Shown one piece after another: positions 38,798-47,278 of a DNA stretch of 64,000 nucleotides. Below the pieces are notes generated by a model. The model searched no databases. It worked only from the letters and a program-made list of their open reading frames with translations, and was not told the DNA's origin. Each line of letters opens with the position of its first letter. Positions within the stretch are counted from its first letter, which is position 1. The stretch is from the IMG/VR virus record IMGVR_UViG_3300042298_001940; one strand, 5' to 3'. The stretch comes from an uncultured virus (IMG/VR IMGVR_UViG_3300042298_001940) (taxonomy: Duplodnaviria > Heunggongvirae > Uroviricota > Caudoviricetes). A program made the position numbers and the translations under genes.

Positions 38798-38836
38798 ATG
38801 TACAATTGTGTATAGAGTATGCCTTTACAGGAGACA
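38798..38836 (+). promoter_or_regulatory. 39-nt repeated leader, copy 2
   Basis: ATGTACAATTGTGTATAGAGTATGCCTTTACAGGAGACA. Confidence 0.6.
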
Positions 38837-38838
38837 CA

Positions 38839-39216
38839 ATGACAAGAATTGAAACAATGGATGATTGGGCCAGGTTCATCGACAACTACCCCCGTAAGGT
38901 GGTTGGCAACAGCGTAATGCGGCCAGGAATGATGCTTGGTGATGGCTGTACCCTGAGCATTCAGGCAAGTGAGTTACATTACTGTACTCCTCGTTCATCC
39001 TCTGCAACCTTTTACACCGCATGGGAAATTGGGTTTCCTAGTAAGGTTATCCCAGAGATCCTAGAGTGGGCAGAAAATTCCGATGACCCAACCGAAACAG
39101 TCTACGGGTATGTCCCTGTAGATGTGATTCTCAATGTGATCAAGGCCCGAGGTGGTACCGTACAGCAAGAAAAAACATATGAGCAAGCAACGCAAGATCA
39201 ATCGTCGGAAGCGTAA
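38839..39216 (+). CDS. conserved phage hypothetical protein
   Basis: DG.TLSIQAS..HYCTPR...EIGFPS...VYGYVP pattern, recognised as a common phage family. Confidence 0.75.
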   Translation: MTRIETMDDWARFIDNYPRKVVGNSVMRPGMMLGDGCTLSIQASELHYCTPRSSSATFYTAWEIGFPSKVIPEILEWAENSDDPTETVYGYVPVDVILNVIKARGGTVQQEKTYEQATQDQSSEA

Positions 39217-39310
39217 GACTGGGTATGTCAACCTGGTTCCTGCGTCTCCATTCACCCGTACATTCACCTCTTTCAAGGAGTTCGCAGATGCAATGGTACA
39301 TCGCAGCTGA
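39179..39310 (+). CDS. small basic protein (43 aa)
   Basis: MSKQRKINRRKRKTGYVNLVP...; fills the intergenic gap. Confidence 0.4.
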   Translation: MSKQRKINRRKRKTGYVNLVPASPFTRTFTSFKEFADAMVHRS

Positions 39311-39354
39311 CGGAACTGTTCACACGACTGCACAAGCAGCCAAGGAGACCATGG

Positions 39355-39765
39355 ATGGCCGTTGATCCAACCCTATTCAATAAGGTGGTTGCCAACAAGA
39401 CCGCCCTTCGGGAAAATATGATTGGTAGTGTCATGGCAAGTGGCAAGCCTAGGTGGGCTGCGGCCATGCTGGTTGACCAGCGCATGCCTACGACAACCAA
39501 CCGCAAGCAGCTTGCAGAGGTTGGTATTAATGTGACTGGACCAGACCAGATCCAGGAAATCCTGGATACCATGGCCATGTTTGGTGTTTACTTTGTGAAC
39601 ACCAAGGGCAAGACCAAGGAAGAATTCTGGGACCAGCTTCAAAACGTCCTTGACGAAGAGGTCAACGACCTTCCGCCTAACAACGACATGTGTGAGTTTA
39701 TTGACCTCATGGGACAAGAGGGCAATAACGAGTTTTTCAATGTCCCAGTAAAGGAATTGAGCTAA
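39355..39765 (+). CDS. hypothetical protein
   Basis: AAGGAG RBS; 136 aa. Confidence 0.7.
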   Translation: MAVDPTLFNKVVANKTALRENMIGSVMASGKPRWAAAMLVDQRMPTTTNRKQLAEVGINVTGPDQIQEILDTMAMFGVYFVNTKGKTKEEFWDQLQNVLDEEVNDLPPNNDMCEFIDLMGQEGNNEFFNVPVKELS

Positions 39766-39766
39766 C

Positions 39767-40006
39767 ATGAGTGACAACATTCGCATTGCTCTTTGGGAAG
39801 TCAACAGTGAGAATCCCAAGAGCCCCAAGTTCAATGGAATTGTGACCATTGATGGTAAGGAGATCAAGGTTTCGGTGTGGGACAACAAGGATGCCCAGCA
39901 TCCCAAGGCCCCCCGACTCAAAGGCAAGACCTCGCGTCCTGCGCCTATGGCGGAAACGGCAGAGCCTGAGACCCTGGATTCAGTCCAGGCACCTCTGCCT
40001 TTCTAA
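39767..40006 (+). CDS. small putative ssDNA-binding/DUF736-like protein
   Basis: NPKSPKFNG.V.IDGKE..VSVW pattern and an acidic tail ending LPF. Confidence 0.55.
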   Translation: MSDNIRIALWEVNSENPKSPKFNGIVTIDGKEIKVSVWDNKDAQHPKAPRLKGKTSRPAPMAETAEPETLDSVQAPLPF

Positions 40007-40021
40007 TAACAATACATATAA

Positions 40022-40144
40022 GGGGAGTACTTAGGTTGACCTAGGATACTCTAGGAGTTATAACATATAGTTATAATACTACTTAGGTAATATACCTAGG
40101 TAACCTAGAGTCCACGGTTAAACCTAAGTACTCCCCATTTTTTT
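40022..40144. other. AT-rich nested inverted-repeat element (origin or terminator candidate)
   Basis: 16-bp perfect IR GGGGAGTACTTAGGTT/AACCTAAGTACTCCCC enclosing inner hairpins, followed by a T-run. Confidence 0.7.
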
Positions 40145-40152
40145 CCCCAAGT

Positions 40153-40395
40153 ATGACTTTTAAACATAGACTGAATGTAACCCTGGAACAGGAGACCTAT
40201 GATGTCTTAGTTCTTGTAGAAGGTGTTGTGATCCCTGAGCCTTATGGTTCCGTGGACAGGCACCATCCTGTTGTTATTTCCTTTAAGATTCTTAACCAAG
40301 ACAACCCTGTACTGTATGATTTGATCAACACAATGTACATGCCTCAACTAGAAGAAGCTGTAAGTAACAACTTTATTGGAGTAGACAATGCATAA
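40153..40395 (+). CDS. hypothetical protein
   Basis: 80-aa ORF in the packed + strand operon. Confidence 0.55.
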   Translation: MTFKHRLNVTLEQETYDVLVLVEGVVIPEPYGSVDRHHPVVISFKILNQDNPVLYDLINTMYMPQLEEAVSNNFIGVDNA

Positions 40396-40741
40396 GAAAA
40401 TCGCAAACAAATGGGTAACCGCTCTCCGTAGCGGGAAGTATCGCAAGACTACTGGCGAACTTTGCAAGGTTGCCGAGAATGGTAACAAAAGTTGGTGTTG
40501 TCTCGGTGTTCTAACCGACCTGTACAACAAGGAACATAAGCAAGATCCTATTGAAATTGATGAAGGAGATGAAGATCTTCCAGATTCAGTTGAGAAGTGG
40601 TCTGGTATGTGGTCTTGTAGTGGTAAGTTGCAATACAACAATGCTGTTACATCCCTTGCTGAACTCAATGATTGCAAGAAGAGCAAGCGTTCCTTCAAGC
40701 GTATTGCTGACATCATTGAAAAGAACTGGGAGCAACTGTGA
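40388..40741 (+). CDS. CCLGVL-family small phage protein, paralogue 1
   Basis: W..ALRSG.Y...CCLGVL.DLY...ND...F..IA..IE. Confidence 0.8.
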   Translation: MHKKIANKWVTALRSGKYRKTTGELCKVAENGNKSWCCLGVLTDLYNKEHKQDPIEIDEGDEDLPDSVEKWSGMWSCSGKLQYNNAVTSLAELNDCKKSKRSFKRIADIIEKNWEQL

Positions 40742-41112
40742 AGAAAGAAATTGCAGACATGTGGTGTGCAGCTCTCCAAAGTGGGGAGTACAACCAAGGC
40801 AGAGGAACTCTTTGTCTTCAATATAGTAATGACACAAAGGCTTGGTGTTGCCTTGGTGTCCTGTGTGACTTGTACAACAAGCACAATCCTCCAATGAAAG
40901 TAAACATGCTTTCTGGTTCTGGGGGAAAGTATGTATCCTTCAACCAATATTCAACTAACTTGCCCCCAGAAGTTTGTGTTTGGAGTGGCATGACAAGCAC
41001 AAACGGAAAACGAACAGGTTTTAGCGTTAGTCTTGTTACTTTGAATGATCATTATGGTTATTCTTTTGCAGAGATTGCCAATGTGATTGAAAAGGAATGG
41101 GAGACACTGTGA
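40738..41112 (+). CDS. CCLGVL-family protein, paralogue 2
   Basis: same motif set. Confidence 0.8.
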   Translation: MKKEIADMWCAALQSGEYNQGRGTLCLQYSNDTKAWCCLGVLCDLYNKHNPPMKVNMLSGSGGKYVSFNQYSTNLPPEVCVWSGMTSTNGKRTGFSVSLVTLNDHYGYSFAEIANVIEKEWETL

Positions 41113-41345
41113 AGTGGCAACCCATTGAAACCGCACCTAAGGATGGTACTAAAGTTGTGTTGTATTGTCCATCAAACGATACATTTATCTTTGATGCTGT
41201 ATATCGAAAAGTGGCATTCTCTAACAGCCGTAGTGATTGGCACGAATGGGATGGAGAATATGTCGGTGCTTGGAGTAAACTTCCTGATTGGTTTAAGCCA
41301 ACTCATTGGATGATTGTTACACCGCCTAATGGAGACAACGAATGA
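41109..41345 (+). CDS. DUF551-like protein
   Basis: WQPIETAPKDGT...PTHWM. Confidence 0.75.
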   Translation: MKWQPIETAPKDGTKVVLYCPSNDTFIFDAVYRKVAFSNSRSDWHEWDGEYVGAWSKLPDWFKPTHWMIVTPPNGDNE

Positions 41346-41689
41346 ACCAAGAAATTAAGCATCGCTGGATTGATGCCCTCCGTAGTGGTGACTATGAGCA
41401 GGGTAAGAATTACCTGTGTAGTGGGAACGGTAGTGGAGGCAGAGTGTGGTGTTGTCTCGGTGTTCTCACCGACTTGTATCAGAAAGAAACAAACAACAAG
41501 CTTATTGCTACTGGTGACAATCCATGTACTTTTGGTGCAGTTGTGTATGGTAATTCATGTATGTATCTTTCATCAGAAGTTCATGAGTGGGCTGGTCTTA
41601 CTATCAAGCAGGTTGATGTGTGTATTAAACTTAATGACTCACACAGTGTAAGCTTTGAAGGCATTGCCGCTGTGATTGATACTTGGTAA
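41342..41689 (+). CDS. CCLGVL-family protein, paralogue 3
   Basis: same motif set. Confidence 0.8.
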   Translation: MNQEIKHRWIDALRSGDYEQGKNYLCSGNGSGGRVWCCLGVLTDLYQKETNNKLIATGDNPCTFGAVVYGNSCMYLSSEVHEWAGLTIKQVDVCIKLNDSHSVSFEGIAAVIDTW

Positions 41690-41698
41690 CAACCATAG

Positions 41699-41771
41699 GC
41701 TTCGGTAACTCAGTTGGTAGAGTATCGGACTTTTAATCCGTCAGTCGCGGGTTCAAGTCCCGCCCGAAGCA
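41699..41771 (+). tRNA. tRNA-Lys(TTT)
   Basis: cloverleaf: acceptor GCTTCGG/CCGAAGC, anticodon loop CTTTTAA, T-loop TTCAAGT. Confidence 0.9.
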
Positions 41772-41785
41772 TTACAGGAATTCTT

Positions 41786-42058
41786 ATGTATAATTACAGA
41801 GCTAGAAAAGAATCATTTCAAATGGTTAGGAAAACATGCCCACATGTTGATGCTGCCTTGGCAAGTGTTGGGCAAGAAATCAAAGAACAACTTGATGCGT
41901 CCTTGCAGATGGCAGAAAAAAGCATCAAGGAACAAACACAAAATCTTTGTGATGCTTTGATTGAGGCTCTTGATCGAGCACTCACAGCGGAAGACCAAGT
42001 AGCAGAGCTAGAAAACAGAGTTGCAAAACTTGAATCACAACTGGAGAACCATACCTAA
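41786..42058 (+). CDS. hypothetical coiled-coil protein
   Basis: ATG 41786 after the tRNA; TCPHVD motif then a coiled coil. Confidence 0.65.
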   Translation: MYNYRARKESFQMVRKTCPHVDAALASVGQEIKEQLDASLQMAEKSIKEQTQNLCDALIEALDRALTAEDQVAELENRVAKLESQLENHT

Positions 42059-42059
42059 C

Positions 42060-42299
42060 ATGACCCCTAAGTACCCGCACATCACCGTTAACCTTGACAA
42101 TGTAGATGGAAATGCTTTTGCTGTAATGGGTGTTGTCACCCGTGCATTGAAGAAGCATGGTGTTCCCTGGGAAGAGATTGATGCATACCGTAAGGAATCA
42201 ATGAGCGGAAATTACGACAATCTCCTACAGACTATTCCTAAGTGGGTCAATGTCGAGTGGGGATATCCCGACGACGATGATGATGACTTCGAGGACTGA
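42060..42299 (+). CDS. conserved small phage protein
   Basis: DGNAFAVMG.V..AL...SGNYDNLL pattern; acidic tail. Confidence 0.75.
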   Translation: MTPKYPHITVNLDNVDGNAFAVMGVVTRALKKHGVPWEEIDAYRKESMSGNYDNLLQTIPKWVNVEWGYPDDDDDDFED

Positions 42300-42313
42300 A
42301 AGGAGACTGACCA

Positions 42314-42700
42314 ATGAAAAAGAAGATTGCAAATATGTGGATTACCGCCCTTCGTTCTGGTGAATACACGCAGGGTTATCGTGCGCTTTGTCGTGTTTAC
42401 AATGGTTCTAAGACCTATTGTTGTCTTGGTGTTCTTTGTGATTTGTATCAGAAGAATCAAACAAAGAACAAAAAGAAAAAGCTTAGCGTGAAAACTGTGA
42501 CAACCGATTCTTTTGAAAGCGTTATTGTTTTCGGTGGCAACGCTGGTGTACTCCCTATTGCAGTACAGAATTGGGCTGGAATGTCTTCCTATAGTGGACG
42601 CATCCCTTTTGGTGGTCCTAATCTCGTTAAAATGAACGATAATAGAAAGACATTCATTGAGATTGCCGACCATATCGAAAAGCACTATAAGGAGCTGTGA
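42314..42700 (+). CDS. CCLGVL-family protein, paralogue 4
   Basis: same motif set; AAGGAG RBS. Confidence 0.8.
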   Translation: MKKKIANMWITALRSGEYTQGYRALCRVYNGSKTYCCLGVLCDLYQKNQTKNKKKKLSVKTVTTDSFESVIVFGGNAGVLPIAVQNWAGMSSYSGRIPFGGPNLVKMNDNRKTFIEIADHIEKHYKEL

Positions 42701-42701
42701 T

Positions 42702-43232
42702 ATGAAAAAGAAACTGACCAAGGCAGAGATGCGTATTGCAATCGCAAAGGATGTGATTGCACAGATCAAGGCAAAAAAGTACAACCCAATGCAGGGTTGT
42801 TGGGTTGATCAGGTAGGTGGCCAAGACTATGATGATTGGCTTTTTGCTAATCCAGAGAATTGTAAGGTTGATGTACAGGTATACACCAAGAGCATCAAGA
42901 AGTGCAATGTCTGCGCTCTTGGTTCTCTGTTCGTAAGTGCCGTGAACAAGTACAACAATGTCTACGGAACTTTTAATACCGTTTCAACCAATGAAGTCTT
43001 TGATACCAGTGAGACAAACAACCGCAGTCCACTGCTTAGGTACTTTACTCTCAATCAGATTCGGTTGATTGAGGCTACTTTTGAGGGTGGAATGGGAGCT
43101 GTTTATTTCGATTACGATCATCCAATGGTCAACAAGTCGCGTGCATTCTACTCTCGGTATCCCAATAGCAAGGATCGTCTCCTTGCAATCATGAAGAACA
43201 TCGTCAAGAACAACGGAACATTCAAGCCATGA
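42702..43232 (+). CDS. hypothetical protein (C.VCALG motif)
   Basis: AAGGAG RBS; IAKDVI.QI...CNVCALG...RLLAIM.NI..NNG.F.P. Confidence 0.7.
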   Translation: MKKKLTKAEMRIAIAKDVIAQIKAKKYNPMQGCWVDQVGGQDYDDWLFANPENCKVDVQVYTKSIKKCNVCALGSLFVSAVNKYNNVYGTFNTVSTNEVFDTSETNNRSPLLRYFTLNQIRLIEATFEGGMGAVYFDYDHPMVNKSRAFYSRYPNSKDRLLAIMKNIVKNNGTFKP

Positions 43233-43495
43233 TTGCTAAGGTTGCTCAGTCCTATATCTACCACGAAGATAAACTCTTCTTCATATCTACCAGCAACCGT
43301 CAGTCATCTGCAATGATTACTGATCCTCCTTGGTACACAGAAACTTTAGTATGGGAACTTGAGCCAGATCACCCAACTAATGTGGGCGATCTTGTTCATG
43401 AACCTAGTTCAAACTTTATGAACGATATCACCAGTCACTTTGAAGTTTGTATGCAATTCTTTAAGAATGGAAAAGCAAATGAAGAAGATGAGTGA
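43229..43495 (+). CDS. hypothetical protein
   Basis: ATGA-coupled ORF. Confidence 0.6.
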   Translation: MIAKVAQSYIYHEDKLFFISTSNRQSSAMITDPPWYTETLVWELEPDHPTNVGDLVHEPSSNFMNDITSHFEVCMQFFKNGKANEEDE

Positions 43496-44006
43496 ACCAC
43501 TAGAAATCTTTCGTGGTCCTAACTGTTCTATTTGGTCAGACAGTACAATAAGGTTTGATGACGGCGTTGGATGGGGTTCAACGGACAAGGAAGAAACCCA
43601 TCAATTGTACCTTGCCCTAAAGTCTTTATTTGAAAAGGAAATCACACCAATGAATCTATCTGTAAATGCGTATGGTAATGTTTCGGTTTGTGAAAAGAAT
43701 CTTCATACTAATTGGTCTTGGACATTCACCCCAGAAGAAAGCCTACGGCTTTTCAATCTACTCGCCAAGTACCACCAGCCAAAGCCAACCATCAGTGTTG
43801 AACTCGACTACCTCAAGGAGTTTGTGAACAAGGTTGTCAAGACAGAAGTCTTCAATGATGGGTCTATTAACTACATGATTCCACCAAACATTGGGGGTGC
43901 TAACTACCTTGAGGAATTTGGTTTGTCCAAGGAAGCAACCAAGTACATCGAGTCTATTGCCCGAGACAACCTGATCAAGAAGATTGAGAAGTTGGGCAAT
44001 GAATGA
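43488..44006 (+). CDS. hypothetical protein
   Basis: overlapping-start ORF in the operon. Confidence 0.6.
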   Translation: MSEPLEIFRGPNCSIWSDSTIRFDDGVGWGSTDKEETHQLYLALKSLFEKEITPMNLSVNAYGNVSVCEKNLHTNWSWTFTPEESLRLFNLLAKYHQPKPTISVELDYLKEFVNKVVKTEVFNDGSINYMIPPNIGGANYLEEFGLSKEATKYIESIARDNLIKKIEKLGNE

Positions 44007-44337
44007 AAAAGAAACAAGACCTTCAGTAAAATCGCAGATTGGATCGAAACAAACATTAAGGAAACAAACGATGACTATGACCGCAGCTAATATCGTTAAC
44101 CACAGTTCTTATTACAACAACCGAATCTTCTTTAATAAGGGATGGCAGGATCGAATGGCTGGATACGAGCGGTTCAATCCTTGGGTTGTCGAGGATTCTG
44201 AACTTGATGGCATGCCTGAGTATGCTCGTATGGCTCTTGAGGATTACACGGATGGCTGGGACAGAGCAAATTCCAAGATCAAGGAAATGCGGGAAGCACA
44301 CGCTAATGCCGCTGTTTTCGTTAACAATTGGATCTAA
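43999..44337 (+). CDS. hypothetical protein
   Basis: ORF with GW.D...Y.DGW pattern; start uncertain. Confidence 0.55.
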   Translation: MNEKETRPSVKSQIGSKQTLRKQTMTMTAANIVNHSSYYNNRIFFNKGWQDRMAGYERFNPWVVEDSELDGMPEYARMALEDYTDGWDRANSKIKEMREAHANAAVFVNNWI

Positions 44338-44340
44338 CCG

Positions 44341-44700
44341 ATGAATAAAAACATCATGAAGAAGTGGGTCAAGGCTCTTCGATCAGGTAAGTATCGCAAG
44401 ACTACTGGCGACCTTTGCAAGGTTGCCCAGAATGGCAACAAGAGTTACTGCTGTCTTGGTGTACTGACAGACCTGTACAACAAGGAAAACAAACGATGTC
44501 CAGTTGAAACTGTAGGTGAAAAGGATCTTTCACATTGGGTTATGGATTGGTCTGGCATGCACTCAAGTTTTGGATCCCTTAAGTATGGCTACAGTGATAA
44601 AACAATCACAAGCCTTTCCGAACTAAACGATTGCAATAAAGCCAAGCGTTCTTTCAAGCGTATGGCTGATATCATCGAAAAGAATTGGGAGCAACTGTAA
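44341..44700 (+). CDS. CCLGVL-family protein, paralogue 5 (close copy of 40388-40741)
   Basis: shares SGKYRKTTG.LCKVA.NGNKS and SFKR.ADIIEKNWEQL with paralogue 1. Confidence 0.8.
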   Translation: MNKNIMKKWVKALRSGKYRKTTGDLCKVAQNGNKSYCCLGVLTDLYNKENKRCPVETVGEKDLSHWVMDWSGMHSSFGSLKYGYSDKTITSLSELNDCNKAKRSFKRMADIIEKNWEQL

Positions 44701-45041
44701 TGAATAAAAACGTAAAGCAACTGTGGATTAATGCCCTTCAGTCTGGTGAGTACATGCAGGGAAGTGGGTGTCTTCTTTCGTGTTCCAAGGAAGGAAACAA
44801 GAAGTTTTGTTGTTTGGGTGTTCTTGTGGATTTGTTTGAAAAGGAACACATACTTACCTTTACCAAAGATTCTTCTGGGTTTGGCCCCAACCATCAATAC
44901 GCCCTTCCAAGCATTGTTGCTCTTTGGTCTGGTGTTTCCAGACGACAGGAAAGTATCTTGATGGAACTTAATGACAAGAAAATTTCCTTTGGATCTATTT
45001 CTAAAATCATTGATATGTTTCCAGAAGAGGTGCAGCCGTGA
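44700..45041 (+). CDS. CCLGVL-family protein, paralogue 6
   Basis: same motif set. Confidence 0.8.
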   Translation: MNKNVKQLWINALQSGEYMQGSGCLLSCSKEGNKKFCCLGVLVDLFEKEHILTFTKDSSGFGPNHQYALPSIVALWSGVSRRQESILMELNDKKISFGSISKIIDMFPEEVQP

Positions 45042-45289
45042 GCGACACACCGAGGACGGACGCGGCGGAAACCAAGCACGAGTTTGCTGCTGACCGATGG
45101 GTCAAGTCGGACTTCGCCCGCGAACTGGAGCGCGAACTCACCGCCGCGATCAAGCAGCGAGACGAGGCGCGGCGGGAGGTGTGCGAACTGCTAGCAACGA
45201 TAAGCCAAACTACAAGTCGCCCCACGCAGCCATTGAATATCTCGAACTGGCGCGGCTGGGACTGTTTCGACCGAGAGGAGGAGAAGTGA
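45038..45289 (+). CDS. hypothetical protein (RDEARR..C / GWDCF family), GC-rich cassette
   Basis: SDTPRTDA N-terminus, FARELEREL, RDEARREVC, RGWDCF. Confidence 0.65.
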   Translation: MSDTPRTDAAETKHEFAADRWVKSDFARELERELTAAIKQRDEARREVCELLATISQTTSRPTQPLNISNWRGWDCFDREEEK

Positions 45290-45507
45290 TGCCAAAAACG
45301 ATTTACATCGGCCCTGAGTCGCAACGCACTGGCATCAGCATTGAATGGACTCCGTCTACCGAAAGGCTGTACATCTCAGGTTGGTACGACTGCATGGTCG
45401 GCATCGAAGGCGAATCGCTGACCCTGCGCGAGTTCTTCGACCGCCTGAACATCACCGAGGCGCATTGCCGCAAGGCGTTCCGCGAAAAGAAAGAGGTGCA
45501 GCCGTGA
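45289..45507 (+). CDS. hypothetical protein, GC-rich cassette
   Basis: GGAG RBS, ATG 45289. Confidence 0.65.
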   Translation: MPKTIYIGPESQRTGISIEWTPSTERLYISGWYDCMVGIEGESLTLREFFDRLNITEAHCRKAFREKKEVQP

Positions 45508-45722
45508 AAGTTAAAACCTTTAGTAGAAATGCTGTGATCGACGCAGATATTCTTCCTCTTCAAGCTGGGCTTGTCTACGAACTTTCATTAAAAGCATTTC
45601 AAAAAGGAGATCAGAAAGAGTACATCTACCTTCAGGGAGTGGCAGCTATGCTGTACCACCTTATGAACGGACACTATAGGATTGTGGTCGAGGAAGAGTT
45701 TGATAACACAAGGACGTACTAA
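45504..45722 (+). CDS. hypothetical protein
   Basis: GTGA-coupled start. Confidence 0.5.
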   Translation: MKVKTFSRNAVIDADILPLQAGLVYELSLKAFQKGDQKEYIYLQGVAAMLYHLMNGHYRIVVEEEFDNTRTY

Positions 45723-46070
45723 ATGAAAATGAATAAAGAAATCAAGGAAAAGTGGATTGCTGCCCTCCGCAGTGGTGACTATGCACAGGGAGAAGAAGCC
45801 TTGTGCAAGCAGGATTACAACTCAAAAGAGTATCACTTTTGTTGTCTGGGTGTTCTTTGTGATCTTTCCAATCCAAGTAGGTGGCATCACGAAGGAGACA
45901 ATAACTCACTATACGAATTTGAAAACGGTATCTATGAGAATGAAATGCCAACTAGAGACTTCCTTGAATCCCTGGGTATTGCTTGGAATACAGCGGAAAC
46001 TCTTGCTAACATGAACGATGTTGGAGAACCATTTTCTGAGATTGCAACCTATATCGAGGAAAACCTGTGA
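45723..46070 (+). CDS. CCLGVL-family protein, paralogue 7
   Basis: same motif set. Confidence 0.8.
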   Translation: MKMNKEIKEKWIAALRSGDYAQGEEALCKQDYNSKEYHFCCLGVLCDLSNPSRWHHEGDNNSLYEFENGIYENEMPTRDFLESLGIAWNTAETLANMNDVGEPFSEIATYIEENL

Positions 46071-46304
46071 ATGAAGACGAATGGATTGATCTCAATGAGG
46101 AAAGGTGGTGCTGTGAACCCAGTGAATTCGAGACTGATCCGCAATACGGATCCCTTGATCGCTATGAGAATTAATCTCTTGTATGAAAATGGAAGCATCC
46201 AAGATTATTCCGAAGATGGTTGGGTGCTGGTCGGTAAAGAATGGTATCCTTTTGAAACTTATGAAGAAAGAGCAAAGAATGCTGAAGATTCACTCAAATA
46301 TTGA
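46071..46304 (+). CDS. hypothetical protein
   Basis: short ORF in the operon; start uncertain. Confidence 0.45.
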   Translation: MKTNGLISMRKGGAVNPVNSRLIRNTDPLIAMRINLLYENGSIQDYSEDGWVLVGKEWYPFETYEERAKNAEDSLKY

Positions 46305-47214
46305 TGTAAACAACGTGCTCGGTAGTTCTGGTCTTGATTGGCGTGTTGCCAAAAAGCCTGTGCTTGTCGAGTCAAACAACAGTTCTTGCGATTATGTCGC
46401 AAGCAAAGATTTCATGGCGGTTGTCCGAAGCGATACCCAGGATATCCTTGGTATTGTGTCGGACAAGTACCAGCCTATCCAGAATGAGGAACTATTGTGG
46501 TGCGCTGAGCGCGTGTCCAATGGTGTTCTGAACCTGGTGTCGGCTGGCTATACAGGAAACGGAGAACGAGTTTATGCCCAGCTCAATGGCAATCCGTGGG
46601 GCATCGGCCCAAACAAGGACGAGGTCTATCCTACTTTTGTACTTAGCAATGGTCACGATGGTAACCATCCAATTAGTGGATGGCCTACTACTGTTCGCGT
46701 GATCTGCGAGAACACGCTGAATATGTCTGGCAATCTTGCCAAGAAGCGTGGTCACATGATGATTTCTCTTCGACATCGTGGAGATGTCATGGGTCTCCTT
46801 GAGGAAATCCTCAACAGCGTTGAAGAGTACCACAACAGGGCCGAGCAGTTCAATATCAAGGCCAATGCCCTTGCCTCCAGTTCCCTTAGTGTGGAACAGG
46901 TCCAGCAGTTCTGGACCAATGTGTACACCCAGATGTTCGGTGTTATCCACACGAATGTGGAGAATGAAGCACAGGTACAGGCAAACAAAAAGGCTGCCAG
47001 TGTCATGATCAAGTGGGCAGATACCTTTGATTCCGAGGTCAAGCATAGCGGTGCAAATCTTTGGACTGCTATGAATGCTGTGACCAACTGGCTTGATCAT
47101 AACCAGGTCTATCGTGGTTCTGGGAAGACCGACAACCGTTTCAATGACACTGTCTTTGGAAAAGGTGCGTCCGAAAAGGTCGAGGTCATGAACATGGCCT
47201 TGGCTCACATCTAA
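46279..47214 (+). CDS. DUF932/DUF945-family phage protein
   Basis: LDW.V.K, LGIVSDKYQPIQN, NGHDG, RVICENTL, LW.AMNAVT.WLDH. Confidence 0.88.
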   Translation: MLKIHSNIDVNNVLGSSGLDWRVAKKPVLVESNNSSCDYVASKDFMAVVRSDTQDILGIVSDKYQPIQNEELLWCAERVSNGVLNLVSAGYTGNGERVYAQLNGNPWGIGPNKDEVYPTFVLSNGHDGNHPISGWPTTVRVICENTLNMSGNLAKKRGHMMISLRHRGDVMGLLEEILNSVEEYHNRAEQFNIKANALASSSLSVEQVQQFWTNVYTQMFGVIHTNVENEAQVQANKKAASVMIKWADTFDSEVKHSGANLWTAMNAVTNWLDHNQVYRGSGKTDNRFNDTVFGKGASEKVEVMNMALAHI

Positions 47215-47221
47215 CAATACT

Positions 47222-47259
47222 GGGGAAAACAATGGAATTCCATTGTTTTCCCCTTTTTT
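47222..47259 (+). terminator. intrinsic terminator ending the early/accessory region
   Basis: perfect palindrome GGGGAAAACAATGGAATTCCATTGTTTTCCCC followed by T6. Confidence 0.88.
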
Positions 47260-47278
47260 AAACAAGAGTGCTATTCGT

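Noticed and set aside
41714..41785. N-terminal extension of ORF 41714-42058
   Set aside because: It overlaps tRNA-Lys; the real start is probably ATG 41786.
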